Positions 1 through 7,802 of a stretch of DNA of 13,785 nucleotides are shown here, in pieces. This DNA is from Armatimonadia bacterium (GTDB lineage: Bacteria > Armatimonadota > Zipacnadia > Zipacnadales > UBA11051): the NCBI GenBank assembly GCA_039683575.1, contig JBDKRC010000126.1, positions 1 to 13,785 on the forward strand, written 5' to 3'. Each line of letters begins with the position of its first letter. The stretch's first letter is position 1. A model generated the notes under the pieces. It was not told the DNA's origin and did not search any database. It saw nothing but the letters and a program-made list of their open reading frames with translations. Made by a program: the position numbers and the translations under genes.

Positions 1-2
1 TG

Positions 3-260
3 CGAGAGCGGCACATTGACACTGTGGTCATCTGCGGCTGGATGACGCAGATGTGCTGCGACACCACCAGTCGTCAGGCGGTCCACCTTGGCTTCGCCGT
101 TGAGTTCCTCAGCGACGCCACGGGCACCCATGCCTTCAGCAACGAGGCAGGCAGCGTCACCGCGGAGGAACTGCACCGCGCGGCACTGGTCGTGCAGGCG
201 AGTCGCTTTGCGAAGGTCATGGGGGTCGAGGCGTGGAGGGAGAGGCTGAGGGGGGAATAG
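3..260 (+). CDS. Isochorismatase-family cysteine hydrolase, 5'-truncated by the window edge
   Basis: Frame is open from base 3 ([40 protein letters not shown]). It matches the family's D-T-V-V-I-x-G-x-x-T-x-x-C-x-x-T-T-x-R-x-A...G-x-x-V-x-x-x-x-D-A motif with the catalytic Cys. Stop TAG at 258-260. Confidence 0.9.
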   Translation, partial: RERHIDTVVICGWMTQMCCDTTSRQAVHLGFAVEFLSDATGTHAFSNEAGSVTAEELHRAALVVQASRFAKVMGVEAWRERLRGE

Positions 261-409
261 CTTGTCAGGATGGACAGGATAACGGCGGATGGGCAGGATG
301 GGAAAAGGTGACTATGGGGAGAGGCCGCGATGGTGTGATGGGCTAGTCGTAGGTACTGGGTCGCGCACGGAAGCTGCTTGTCAGGATGGACAGGATAACG
401 GCGGATGGG
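260..409. repeat. Perfect 34-bp direct repeat GCTTGTCAGGATGGACAGGATAACGGCGGATGGG at 260-293 and 376-409
   Basis: Read directly. The copies are 82 bp apart, and a partial third copy lies at 1169-1189. Confidence 0.95.
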
Positions 410-445
410 GGATCAGATCGGGGCGAACCGGGGTACCAAATAGGG

Positions 446-451
446 TATAAT
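446..451 (+). promoter_or_regulatory. Putative sigma70 -10 box (TATAAT) upstream of the prepilin gene
   Basis: Perfect TATAAT in high-GC DNA, 42 bp before the ATG at 494, with GGAGG RBS at 482-486. No canonical -35 seen. Confidence 0.55.
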
Positions 452-493
452 CACGCGGCGCAGGATGCGCAGTTATCTTCTGGAGGATAGTGC

Positions 494-1135
494 ATGCAAC
501 GCAGAGGTTTCACATTGATCGAGCTTTTGGTCGTGATCGCCATCATCGCCATCTTGGCGGCGATACTGTTCCCGGTGTTTGCCAAGGCGCGGGAGAAGGC
601 CCGGCAGTCGAGCTGTCTGAGCAATCTCAAGCAGTTGGCGCTGGCGAACTTGTCTTACGCACAGGACTATGATGAGCGGGTTGTGCCGCTGAACCTGGGT
701 GGGCAGTACTGGACGGCGCTGCTCATGCCGTACATGAAGAACACGCAGGTGTACCAGTGTCCGAGCATGTCGAACCTGACCTATGCGTACGCGCCGGTCT
801 TCCCCACCTTTTCGGCAGATTCGAACTGGGGTGGTGCGGCGTATGCCAACAAGTCACAGAGTCTCGGAGCGGTGGAGTATCCGGCCGATGCGATCTTCAT
901 GATGGAGGCGCAGAACGGGGCGAGTAACCCGCCGACAAACGCCAACTGCATCTACTGCCTGAGGAATTACGCGACGTCGCCGGGGCTGGGAACGACGTGG
1001 GGCATCCCGTCGCCGGGGCGGCATAATGATGGCAATAACGCGGCTTTCGCTGACGGCCACTGCAAGTGGCTGAACAACTCCACGCTGCTGAACCGCAGCG
1101 CGGACATCTGGCAGAAGCAGCCGCCTAGCATCTAG
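494..1135 (+). CDS. Prepilin-type N-terminal cleavage/methylation and H-X9-DG domain protein (DUF1559-like)
   Basis: N-terminus [46 protein letters not shown]-terminal [17 protein letters not shown] (H-X9-DG); GGAGG RBS. Confidence 0.95.
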   Translation: MQRRGFTLIELLVVIAIIAILAAILFPVFAKAREKARQSSCLSNLKQLALANLSYAQDYDERVVPLNLGGQYWTALLMPYMKNTQVYQCPSMSNLTYAYAPVFPTFSADSNWGGAAYANKSQSLGAVEYPADAIFMMEAQNGASNPPTNANCIYCLRNYATSPGLGTTWGIPSPGRHNDGNNAAFADGHCKWLNNSTLLNRSADIWQKQPPSI

Positions 1136-1157
1136 CGCGACGACTGACTTCCGGGGA

Positions 1158-1189
1158 CTGCCGGGGAGATAGCTTGTCAGGATTGACAG
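1158..1189. repeat. Diverged copy of 246-277 (end of the isochorismatase gene plus downstream bases)
   Basis: CTGCCGGGGAGATAGCTTGTCAGGATTGACAG vs CTGAGGGGGGAATAGCTTGTCAGGATGGACAG: 27/32 identical, and 20/21 in the last 21 bp. Confidence 0.8.
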
Positions 1190-1242
1190 TCCTCATGGCG
1201 GATTCTCCGGCGCCCTGAACGAATCAAAGCTCTTCGCACGCT

Positions 1243-1335
1243 TCTGTCATTCTGAGCGAAGCGAAGAATCCCGACCACCGACACGTGGAGATTCTTCGCT
1301 TGCCGCACGAGTACGTGCGGGCTCAGAATGACAGA
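1243..1335. repeat. Branched palindromic REP/MITE-like element (TGTCATTCTGAGC...GCTCAGAATGACA type)
   Basis: 15-bp terminal inverted repeat 1243-1257/1321-1335, inner 11-bp stem 1260-1270/1290-1300, and a 7-bp hairpin at 1303-1320. Confidence 0.85.
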
Positions 1336-1369
1336 GCATTTCCGGAGCAGGATGGGGACAGGTAACTAC

Positions 1370-1398
1370 GGGGAGAGACCATTTGGTCTCTCCCCTTT
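1370..1398 (+). terminator. Probable intrinsic terminator hairpin between convergent genes
   Basis: GGGGAGAGACC-ATTT-GGTCTCTCCCC (11-bp perfect stem) followed by TTT; the U-tract is short. Confidence 0.55.
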
Positions 1399-1456
1399 CG
1401 CGTTCTGGGAAGGTTATCATGGGGCGTCCGCGGACGGTCGCGAGGTGGGCGTCGGA

Positions 1457-1480
1457 TCGCGCTCTGGTGAGCGCTCCTAC
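1457..1480 (-). repeat. GTAG-type REP-like palindrome, copy 1
   Basis: Minus strand reads GTAGGAGCGCTCACCAGAGCGCGA. Related copies at 2896-2920, 5043-5068 and 10666-10688. Confidence 0.75.
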
Positions 1481-2781
1481 AGGCTACCGGGGTGGCGGCT
1501 CTCTTTTGGGGGCCTAGCGCGGGATAGGAGGCGGTGAAGGGGCAGTCCGGCGGCGAGGGTTGTGAGGGGCATGTAGGGGACGCGCCAGCGGCTGTGGCCC
1601 TGGAGGAAGGCTACGGCTCCGGCGTAGAGCAGGGAGAGGAGGATGAGGCAGGCGAGGGACCTCAACTGAGGGTTGCGGGCCAAGACGAAGAGGCTACAGA
1701 AGGCGAGGAGCATCGTGGCGGTGCCAATGATGGCGGAGACGGCGGTCAGGGCTGCCGGGTTGGTGGTGAGGGCCGACAGGTAGCCCTTGCCGGGGCCGAG
1801 GATGGTGCCGAGGAAGCTTCGCACGAAGAGCTTAGCGGTGAGGGCCGGGTTGTCGCGGAAGATGGTAAGGGCCATGCTGGTCATCAGGCGGGAGTCGGTG
1901 AACTGGGACTGGGGTGTGCCGGTGATCCGGGCGCGGGCTTCGTCCCCTATGCGGTCAATGGCCTGATCCTGGCTGATACCGTCCCTGGCGGCCACGACGG
2001 CGGAGGCGTTGAAGAGCAGGAGGCAGTTGCCCGCGCCGGAAGAGAATTGGGGCGCGCCGAAGACGAGGGAGTTGCGTACAACCCAGGGGGTGAGGACGAG
2101 GAAGTATGCCGCGAGGAGGCAGGCGGCGCTTTTGAGGCTGAGGTACTTGCCGGCGCGCCAGTAGTGCAAGGCGGTGCAGGCGGCGAGGACAAGGGGCCAG
2201 AGCAGGGCGGCGGTGCGGACGTAGGCGGAGAGGGCGGCGAGGGCGCCGGTGGCGAGGAGGAGGAGCGTGGTGCGACGACCGGAGGATCGCCAGGCTGAGG
2301 CCAGCGCCCAGACGGCGAGGAGGTTGATGAGGGCGGCGAGGGTTTCGGTGAGGAAGAGGTTGGCGTAGATGACGCTGGGGAGGTCGATCGCGAGCAGGAG
2401 GCCGCCTGCTAACCCGGCTACGGGACCGGCGAGACGGTAGCCGAGGAGGCAGACGAGGCCGGCGGTGAGGGAACTGAGGACGATCTGGAGGAGGAGAACG
2501 GCCTGCGGGCGGTGGCCGAGGAGACGGTAGACGAGGGCGATCAGGGCGGGGTAGCCCGGCCCTCGCTCGGCGGCGGGAGCAAGGGCCGCGGGGTCGGCGG
2601 ATTCGCTGTAGACGCCGTGGAGGGCGAGGTTGAGGCCGAGGCGGTCGTAGGTCGGGGAGTCGATGTTGGTGAAGGCGAAGGGCGTGGTGGTGCTGAGGCG
2701 GTCGTGGCGGGTGACGGTGGCGTAGACCGCGAGACGGCAGATGAGGGCAAGGGTGACGACGATGATCAGGTGTTTGCGCAT
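1477..2781 (-). CDS. Multi-pass membrane glycosyltransferase, GT-C fold (ArnT/PMT-like, glycosyltransferase family 39-type)
   Basis: 434 aa with many hydrophobic segments. Motifs DSPTY..., RGPGYP.L.A..Y...G, LTETL, PW..RN and R.R.P are typical of bacterial PMT-like proteins. Confidence 0.8.
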   Translation of the reverse strand: MRKHLIIVVTLALICRLAVYATVTRHDRLSTTTPFAFTNIDSPTYDRLGLNLALHGVYSESADPAALAPAAERGPGYPALIALVYRLLGHRPQAVLLLQIVLSSLTAGLVCLLGYRLAGPVAGLAGGLLLAIDLPSVIYANLFLTETLAALINLLAVWALASAWRSSGRRTTLLLLATGALAALSAYVRTAALLWPLVLAACTALHYWRAGKYLSLKSAACLLAAYFLVLTPWVVRNSLVFGAPQFSSGAGNCLLLFNASAVVAARDGISQDQAIDRIGDEARARITGTPQSQFTDSRLMTSMALTIFRDNPALTAKLFVRSFLGTILGPGKGYLSALTTNPAALTAVSAIIGTATMLLAFCSLFVLARNPQLRSLACLILLSLLYAGAVAFLQGHSRWRVPYMPLTTLAAGLPLHRLLSRARPPKESRHPGSL

Positions 2782-2798
2782 GGTTGTGGACGGTGGGG

Positions 2799-2850
2799 CC
2801 TCGGCCCCGGCCCCTCCCCGTCAGACCGCAGGCGGTCTGCTGGAGAGGGG
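2799..2850. repeat. CCCCGGCCCCTCCCC...GGAGAGGGG palindromic element with inner hairpin
   Basis: CCCCTCCC (2811-2818) pairs imperfectly with GGAGAGGGG (2842-2850); inner CAGACCGC/GCGGTCTG inverted repeat at 2822-2839. Confidence 0.6.
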
Positions 2851-2895
2851 ATCAGCGGGTCGCAGGTGTCGGTTACCCCTGACGTTAGTCGGTGA

Positions 2896-2920
2896 GGTCG
2901 CGATCGGTGATCGCTCGTAC
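2896..2920 (-). repeat. GTAG-type REP-like palindrome, degenerate copy 2
   Basis: Plus strand GGTCGCGATCGGTGATCGCTCGTAC; GCGATC/GATCGC stem; flanked by AGG as in copy 1. Confidence 0.6.
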
Positions 2921-2934
2921 AGGCGGTCTTCAGA

Positions 2935-2959
2935 GAAGCAAACGTCGCTTCGCGCTCCA
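2935..2959 (-). repeat. Hairpin + GCGCTCCA (GGAG-type) REP-like unit
   Basis: GAAGC-AAACGTC-GCTTC-GCGCTCCA has the same layout as 12781-12803. Confidence 0.5.
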
Positions 2960-2976
2960 TGCGGCAGAGGCAACGA

Positions 2977-4050
2977 CTAGACTGGGCGGAGGTCTGGGAC
3001 TTCTACCGGGATGCTGCCCTGCTCGGCGGAGAGATGGGCGCAGATGCCGGGGAGGGTCTGGTCGAGGCCCTCGTAGACGTCAATCGGCGGCTTGGTGTCG
3101 TCGAGAATGCAGCGGATGAAGTCGTTGACCATGTAATACTCGGAGGTACCGTGGCCGCCCTTGAAGGCTTCCGGCGGGGCACCCTTGTGGGTGTCGGAGA
3201 GCGGGAGCTCGATCTGGCCGGCGAGGTGCGGGATGTCCTCGCGGTAGAGGCGGTGCTTGGCGCCGGGGAAGCGGGGGCTCTCGATCTGGCCCTTGGTCCC
3301 GTAGAGGACGAACCAGTGGTGGGCGGGCTCCTTGGCGACGGAGAAGCCGCAAAGCTGCTTGATGACGTTCCCCTTGGCGGTCTTGAAGATCCCCACTTCC
3401 ATGTCGATGACGCCGAGGTCGGGGCGGCGGCGGTTGCCGGTGTGCATGCCTACGGCGGAGACGACGCGATCCTGCATGATCATGAGCAGCGGGCCGAGGT
3501 CATGGGTGGGATAGAGAATTGGCGGCAGGGAGGCGCGCCAGGTCTTCTGGAGCTTGCCATCGGGGCCGGTCTCTTGCATGAGGCTTTCGCAGTTGTGGAT
3601 GTACTCGCCCTCGGCGTAGATGATCTCGCCGAGGTCGCCGCGCTGGATCATGGTGCGATAGGCGTCAACCCAGGCGTAGTAGCAGACGTTCTCGGCGAAC
3701 ATGTACTTGAGACCGGACTTCTCGACGGCGGCGGCGAGGTCGCGGGCCTGCTCGAGGCTGTAGGCGGCGGGGACCTCGGACATGATGTGCTTGCCGTGGG
3801 CGAGGGCCTCGAGGGCGCAGGGGACGTGGGTGGGGCCGGGAGTGGCGATCAGAATGGCGTCGAGGTCGGCCTCGCAGAACTTGGTGTAGTCATCGAACCA
3901 GTACGGGACGTCGTGTTCGGCCGTCCAGGACTTGGCGAGCTCGGTCTTGAGGTCGCAGCCAGCGACGACCTGGCAGTCTTTGTGGTTGAGAAAGACATTG
4001 GCGACACCGGCGCCACGGCGGAGGCCGGCGATACCGACTTTGAGGGACAT
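2977..4050 (-). CDS. Gfo/Idh/MocA family NAD(P)-dependent oxidoreductase
   Basis: Likely start MSLKVGIAGL at 4050 with AAGGAG 9 nt upstream. Motifs LDAILIATP..H, GKHIMSEVP, GDLGEI.Y.EGEY.H and YPTH.LGP. The ORF-track extension to 4206 is translated repeat sequence. Confidence 0.93.
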   Translation of the reverse strand: MSLKVGIAGLRRGAGVANVFLNHKDCQVVAGCDLKTELAKSWTAEHDVPYWFDDYTKFCEADLDAILIATPGPTHVPCALEALAHGKHIMSEVPAAYSLEQARDLAAAVEKSGLKYMFAENVCYYAWVDAYRTMIQRGDLGEIIYAEGEYIHNCESLMQETGPDGKLQKTWRASLPPILYPTHDLGPLLMIMQDRVVSAVGMHTGNRRRPDLGVIDMEVGIFKTAKGNVIKQLCGFSVAKEPAHHWFVLYGTKGQIESPRFPGAKHRLYREDIPHLAGQIELPLSDTHKGAPPEAFKGGHGTSEYYMVNDFIRCILDDTKPPIDVYEGLDQTLPGICAHLSAEQGSIPVEVPDLRPV

Positions 4051-4125
4051 GGGAGAAGGCTCCTTGGTGAGAGGTTGGAGGGGAGGTTCGACGGTGGGGG
4101 GAGGTTGGCCTTCTAGGGGAGAAGG

Positions 4126-4180
4126 GCGGGAACAGATGAGGCGGGAACGCGGGAACGGGTGAGGCGGGAACGGGAACGGC
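4126..4180. repeat. Short tandem GGGAAC-unit repeats
   Basis: Five GGGAAC units, including two TGAGGCGGGAACG(C)GGGAACGG-like blocks. A related GAGGCGGGGAACGGGGAACGG lies at 7802-7822. Confidence 0.7.
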
Positions 4181-4251
4181 GAGAGGGGGCAAGGAGGGTG
4201 CCGCATGTACGGCTACGGCGGTTAGGAGAGGGAGGTTGGAGTTCGCGGAGG

Positions 4252-4341
4252 GCGAAAACGGGGACAGACACCATTTTCGCATGGGAGTTAGTAGGTGATG
4301 GTTGGGAAGGTTGCGAAAGTGGTGTCAGTCCCCATTTTCGC
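4252..4341. repeat. REPIN-like doublet: two inverted 29-bp imperfect palindromes
   Basis: 4252-4280 GCGAAAACGGGGACAGACACCATTTTCGC vs the reverse complement of 4313-4341 GCGAAAATGGGGACTGACACCACTTTCGC: 26/29 identical, 32-bp spacer. Confidence 0.85.
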
Positions 4342-4356
4342 GTCGGTGATAACGGC

Positions 4357-4395
4357 GGGCCGGATGCCGACAGTGAGGCTGTCGGCATCCGGCCC
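4357..4395. repeat. Perfect 17-bp stem-loop just upstream of the large gene
   Basis: GGGCCGGATGCCGACAG-TGAGG-CTGTCGGCATCCGGCCC; no U-tract on either side. Confidence 0.85.
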
Positions 4396-4412
4396 CTCCA
4401 TGGGAGAATGAC

Positions 4413-7400
4413 ATGAAGTGGTATGGGCTGTGGCTGATGGCAATCTTCGTGGCTGGCTGGGTTTGGGCGCAGGGGGAGTGGCGGACGTCGGCGGCGGAGT
4501 TTGCGGAGACTGTGGCGGTGCCGGAGGGGAAGGGGGCGGTTGTGGCGGCGGTGCGGGTTGGCGAGGCTGGGGTGAAGATTGTGGTTGAGGGGACGGAGGG
4601 GGCGAAGAGGACGCTTACGTTGAGGGCGTTTGCAGATACGCTGCCGGCGGCAGGGGCGGCTGAGGCTAAGGAGTTGCCAGAGGCGGGGGTTGAGGTGGTT
4701 GAGGCGCGACTGCGGTACTATGTGCGGCCGAAGGTGGCGATGCTTAAGGGGGAGGCTCGGGAGAAGTGTGTGAAGGAGTGGGCGGGGATGCCGTCGGCGG
4801 GGACGCGCGGGGTAATGGTGGGGGCTGTGAACTATGGAGGCGGAGTGGCGCTCACGATTGAGGGGCGGTATGCGGGGATGGTGTTGGAGAAGGGGAAGGT
4901 GCGGTCGGTGCAGTTTGTGGTGAAGCCGGGGTCGGGGTTGGGAGGAGTGCGGGTTGAGGAGAGGGTGGAGGACGGGAGGTTTTGGAGGGTGGATTTGGGG
5001 GAGGTTGGTGAGGCGGGTTCCCTCGTTGGTGAGTTGGGCTCCGGTCGCGCTCAGGGGAGCGCTCCTACCGGGTTGCCAGGGGTTGCCGGGTGGGATTTGG
5101 GGAGGACTGCGGGGCAATCGGCGGCGTATTCCGAGTATACGAATCGGACGGGGTTTGATGGGCTTGGGGAATCGTTCATTGTTACGGTGCCGTCGGCGCA
5201 GTGGGTGCGGGCGTGGGTGCTTTGTGCGGCTGAGGAGGGTAAGGACACGGGGTTTACGGCGCGGTTGACGCGGTTTGTGCCGGGTGGGGCTTATACGGGG
5301 AGGGCGCGGGAGTGTCTGGCGGATACTGAGGTGCAGTTGCCGAGGGTGGGAGAGATGGCGGCGCCGGGGGTTGAGCGGGCTGGTGAGGTGACGCTGGGGG
5401 GGAAGAAAGTGCCGCTGTATCTGGTTGAGGTACCACTTAAGGCCGGGGATATTCAGGATCTGATCTTTGATGAGACGGCGAAGAACTGGCGGGGGATGCC
5501 GGGGCTCAGGGGTTACCTGGACTTTGAGATGCTCGGGAGGTTGAAGGAGCAGGATCGGCCGCATCCGTTTGGGGATGGGCGGTACTTCCCTGACCCGGCG
5601 CGGGTTAGCGGGGTCCATGTCTTTGGGGTGACGCTGGAGAAGACGCCGGTGGAGATGGAAGTGCGGCAGACGCAGCCGGGCAATATCTTCCAGGGCGATG
5701 AGGCGCCGGAGTTGCGGGTGGTTTTGCGGCCTAAGAAGGATGGGGCGTACAAGGTCAAGTGGGCGATGCGGGATGTGGATGGGAAGGCTTGTGGCTCGGG
5801 AGAGAAGACGCTGAGCTTGAAGGCGGGGGAGGCCGAGGTGACGGTGCCGGTTGCTCTGCGGCAGCCGCAGGTGGGGTGGTACGGGATTGCGCTGGGGCTG
5901 TGGGAGGGAGAGCGGGAGTTGGTGTGTCATGAGGCGAGCTTTGCGCTCCTGCCAAAGGACACGCGGCAGGCGGGGTATGAGTCGCCGTATGGGACATGGT
6001 GGTTTGATCACCACTATGGGACGGATGATGCCAAGATCATCGGGCCGATGATCCTGAAGGCGGGGTTCCGGAAGGTTGCCTATGCGGTGGCCCGGCACAA
6101 TGAGGCGGAGTTGGCTCCGTGGAAGTTCACGGCGGCCTCGGTTGGCTGGGGGGCGCTCAATAGGCCGAATGCTACGGATGAGGAGATTGCGGCGAAGATC
6201 GCCGAGACGATGAAGGCGTACCCGCACTGCGACAATTTGATGATCTTCCATGAGAGCATGCCGAATGCGCCGTTGGGGACGCGGACGGCGCCGGAACTGT
6301 TTGGGATGCCGGTGCAGGAAGCGGCGGGGGCGGAGGAGCGCTGGGCGCTGGCGACGCGGATCGCCAGGATTGCGCGGGCCAGGTTTCCGGGGTTGAGGAT
6401 ATACATTGGGAACTCGGGAGCGTCGTCGGAGCTGATTGCGGAGGGGATGCGGCGGAAGTTTCCGGCGGAGTATGCGGATTACATCGGTATTGAGACGGTG
6501 GGTAGGACTGGGCACCCGGAGAAGCTGTGGGAAGGCGGGTTGGGGGGCGTGTGGCTGCTGCGGGAGACGGCGCGGAAGTTCGGGTATCCATGGGGCGTGA
6601 CGAGCTGCTTTGAGACGAATTACCGGGAGGAGAGGCTGCTCGGACCGCAGCGGCTGGCGGAGTGGTATGTGCGGGATGTGCTGCTATCGCATGCGTACAG
6701 GTTCCCCCATATCGCGATTGCGCTTCTGCATGACACGGGCAACAGCTACAACGGGTCGTTCTGGGGCGGGACGGGGCTTTGTCAGCGGTATCCGCTGCTC
6801 TACCCGAAGCCGGCGTATGTGGCGATGGCGACGGTGACGCGGGTGCTGGACCGGGTGACTCTGAAACGGGAGGTGCCGACGGGGTCGAATTGCGTGTATG
6901 CGCTGGAGATGGCGCGGGCGGATGGGAAGACGGTGTACCCGGTATGGACGGCGCGGGGAACGGCGGTTTTGAGCGTGGCGATGAAGGGGTGTAAGAGCGT
7001 TGGGGTGGTGGACCTGTATGGGCGGAGCAGGACGGAGGCGGTGAAGGGCGGGAAGGTGGCGCTGGAGGCGGGGACGGCGGTGCAGTATGTGGTGACCGAG
7101 GGGAAGGTGACGGGGATTGTGTGTGGGAGACGGAGCTACCCCGACGATGCGCCGCCGAGGAGCTTCAGGATGGTTGACGCCATGAAGGACGTGCGGGAGT
7201 GGAAGCTGGCGACGGAGAAGGACCCGCTGATCGAGCAGACAGCGCAGCCACATCTCCCCTATCGCACGGCGGGGGAATTCGTCGTGCGAGGGGCTAAAGA
7301 TGCGCAGGTGGGCGAGTGTGTGGAGGTTGAGTTGGTGCCGCGGAAGGATTTGCCGACGCCGCTTCTGGGCCAGTATGGGATGCTGAGGCTGGCCAAGCCG

Positions 7401-7802
7401 GTGGTGCTGGAGGGAGAGCCGACGACGCTGGGGATGTGGGTGAAGGGGAATTCGGGGTGGGGCGACGTGTGGTTCGAGACGGAGGATGCGGCGGGAGTGC
7501 GGCGGGTGTCGTGCGGGACGGTGATGCACGATGCGGATGTGTATGACTATGACGGGCGAGTCGCAGTCAACTTCGATGGGTGGGCGTTTTTGAGCTTCCC
7601 GATGACCGACAAGTCGCCGATACCGGATCTGTCGACCGGGAGTGTGGGGAATCTGTGGGAGGCGACGGATCGGAGTAAGGCGGTGCAGTATCCGGTGAAG
7701 CTGACGGGGATTGGGTTCTGTGTGAGGCAGGACGTGATGGGGTTGACGGAGATGAAGCCGATGCGGCAGGTTCTGCGGTTTGGTGGGGTTGGGGCGTACT
7801 AG
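4413..7802 (+). CDS. Large secreted hypothetical protein (1129 aa), possibly glycoside hydrolase-like
   Basis: Signal-peptide-like N-terminus (MKWYGLWLMAIFVAGWVWA|Q) and GGGAGA RBS. Layout suggests an Ig-like segment (GNIF...), a central alpha/beta region ending GL...PKPAYVA (reminiscent of GH39/clan GH-A proteins) and a C-terminal beta-sandwich (LGMWVKGN...VNFDGWAFLSF). Function is inferred only. Confidence 0.8.
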   Translation: MKWYGLWLMAIFVAGWVWAQGEWRTSAAEFAETVAVPEGKGAVVAAVRVGEAGVKIVVEGTEGAKRTLTLRAFADTLPAAGAAEAKELPEAGVEVVEARLRYYVRPKVAMLKGEAREKCVKEWAGMPSAGTRGVMVGAVNYGGGVALTIEGRYAGMVLEKGKVRSVQFVVKPGSGLGGVRVEERVEDGRFWRVDLGEVGEAGSLVGELGSGRAQGSAPTGLPGVAGWDLGRTAGQSAAYSEYTNRTGFDGLGESFIVTVPSAQWVRAWVLCAAEEGKDTGFTARLTRFVPGGAYTGRARECLADTEVQLPRVGEMAAPGVERAGEVTLGGKKVPLYLVEVPLKAGDIQDLIFDETAKNWRGMPGLRGYLDFEMLGRLKEQDRPHPFGDGRYFPDPARVSGVHVFGVTLEKTPVEMEVRQTQPGNIFQGDEAPELRVVLRPKKDGAYKVKWAMRDVDGKACGSGEKTLSLKAGEAEVTVPVALRQPQVGWYGIALGLWEGERELVCHEASFALLPKDTRQAGYESPYGTWWFDHHYGTDDAKIIGPMILKAGFRKVAYAVARHNEAELAPWKFTAASVGWGALNRPNATDEEIAAKIAETMKAYPHCDNLMIFHESMPNAPLGTRTAPELFGMPVQEAAGAEERWALATRIARIARARFPGLRIYIGNSGASSELIAEGMRRKFPAEYADYIGIETVGRTGHPEKLWEGGLGGVWLLRETARKFGYPWGVTSCFETNYREERLLGPQRLAEWYVRDVLLSHAYRFPHIAIALLHDTGNSYNGSFWGGTGLCQRYPLLYPKPAYVAMATVTRVLDRVTLKREVPTGSNCVYALEMARADGKTVYPVWTARGTAVLSVAMKGCKSVGVVDLYGRSRTEAVKGGKVALEAGTAVQYVVTEGKVTGIVCGRRSYPDDAPPRSFRMVDAMKDVREWKLATEKDPLIEQTAQPHLPYRTAGEFVVRGAKDAQVGECVEVELVPRKDLPTPLLGQYGMLRLAKPVVLEGEPTTLGMWVKGNSGWGDVWFETEDAAGVRRVSCGTVMHDADVYDYDGRVAVNFDGWAFLSFPMTDKSPIPDLSTGSVGNLWEATDRSKAVQYPVKLTGIGFCVRQDVMGLTEMKPMRQVLRFGGVGAY
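5043..5068 (-). repeat. GTAG-type REP-like palindrome, copy 3, inside the CDS
   Basis: Plus strand GGTCGCGCTCAGGGGAGCGCTCCTAC, same TCGCGCTC-N4-GAGCGCTCCTAC layout as 1457-1480. Confidence 0.75.

Noticed and set aside
260-409. CRISPR array
   Set aside because: Only two full repeats, an 82-bp spacer and no cas genes.
1328-1537. 69-aa ORF (also 4159-4416 and the small ORFs at 2741-3119)
   Set aside because: They run through hairpin repeats and show no protein-like features.
2959-4116. 385-aa plus-strand ORF (also 1534-2298, 10923-12149, 12279-13196)
   Set aside because: Antisense shadows of well-supported minus-strand genes in high-GC DNA.
4051-4206. N-terminal extension of the oxidoreductase (likewise 9059-9121 and 10542-10595 for the hydrolase and flavoprotein)
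   Set aside because: Downstream ATGs have good RBSs and match family or signal-peptide starts; the extensions appear to be translated repeat or intergenic DNA.
4113-6515. 800-aa minus-strand ORF (also 6684-8027)
   Set aside because: Pro/Arg/His-rich antisense shadow of the G-rich 1129-aa gene, with no recognisable domain.
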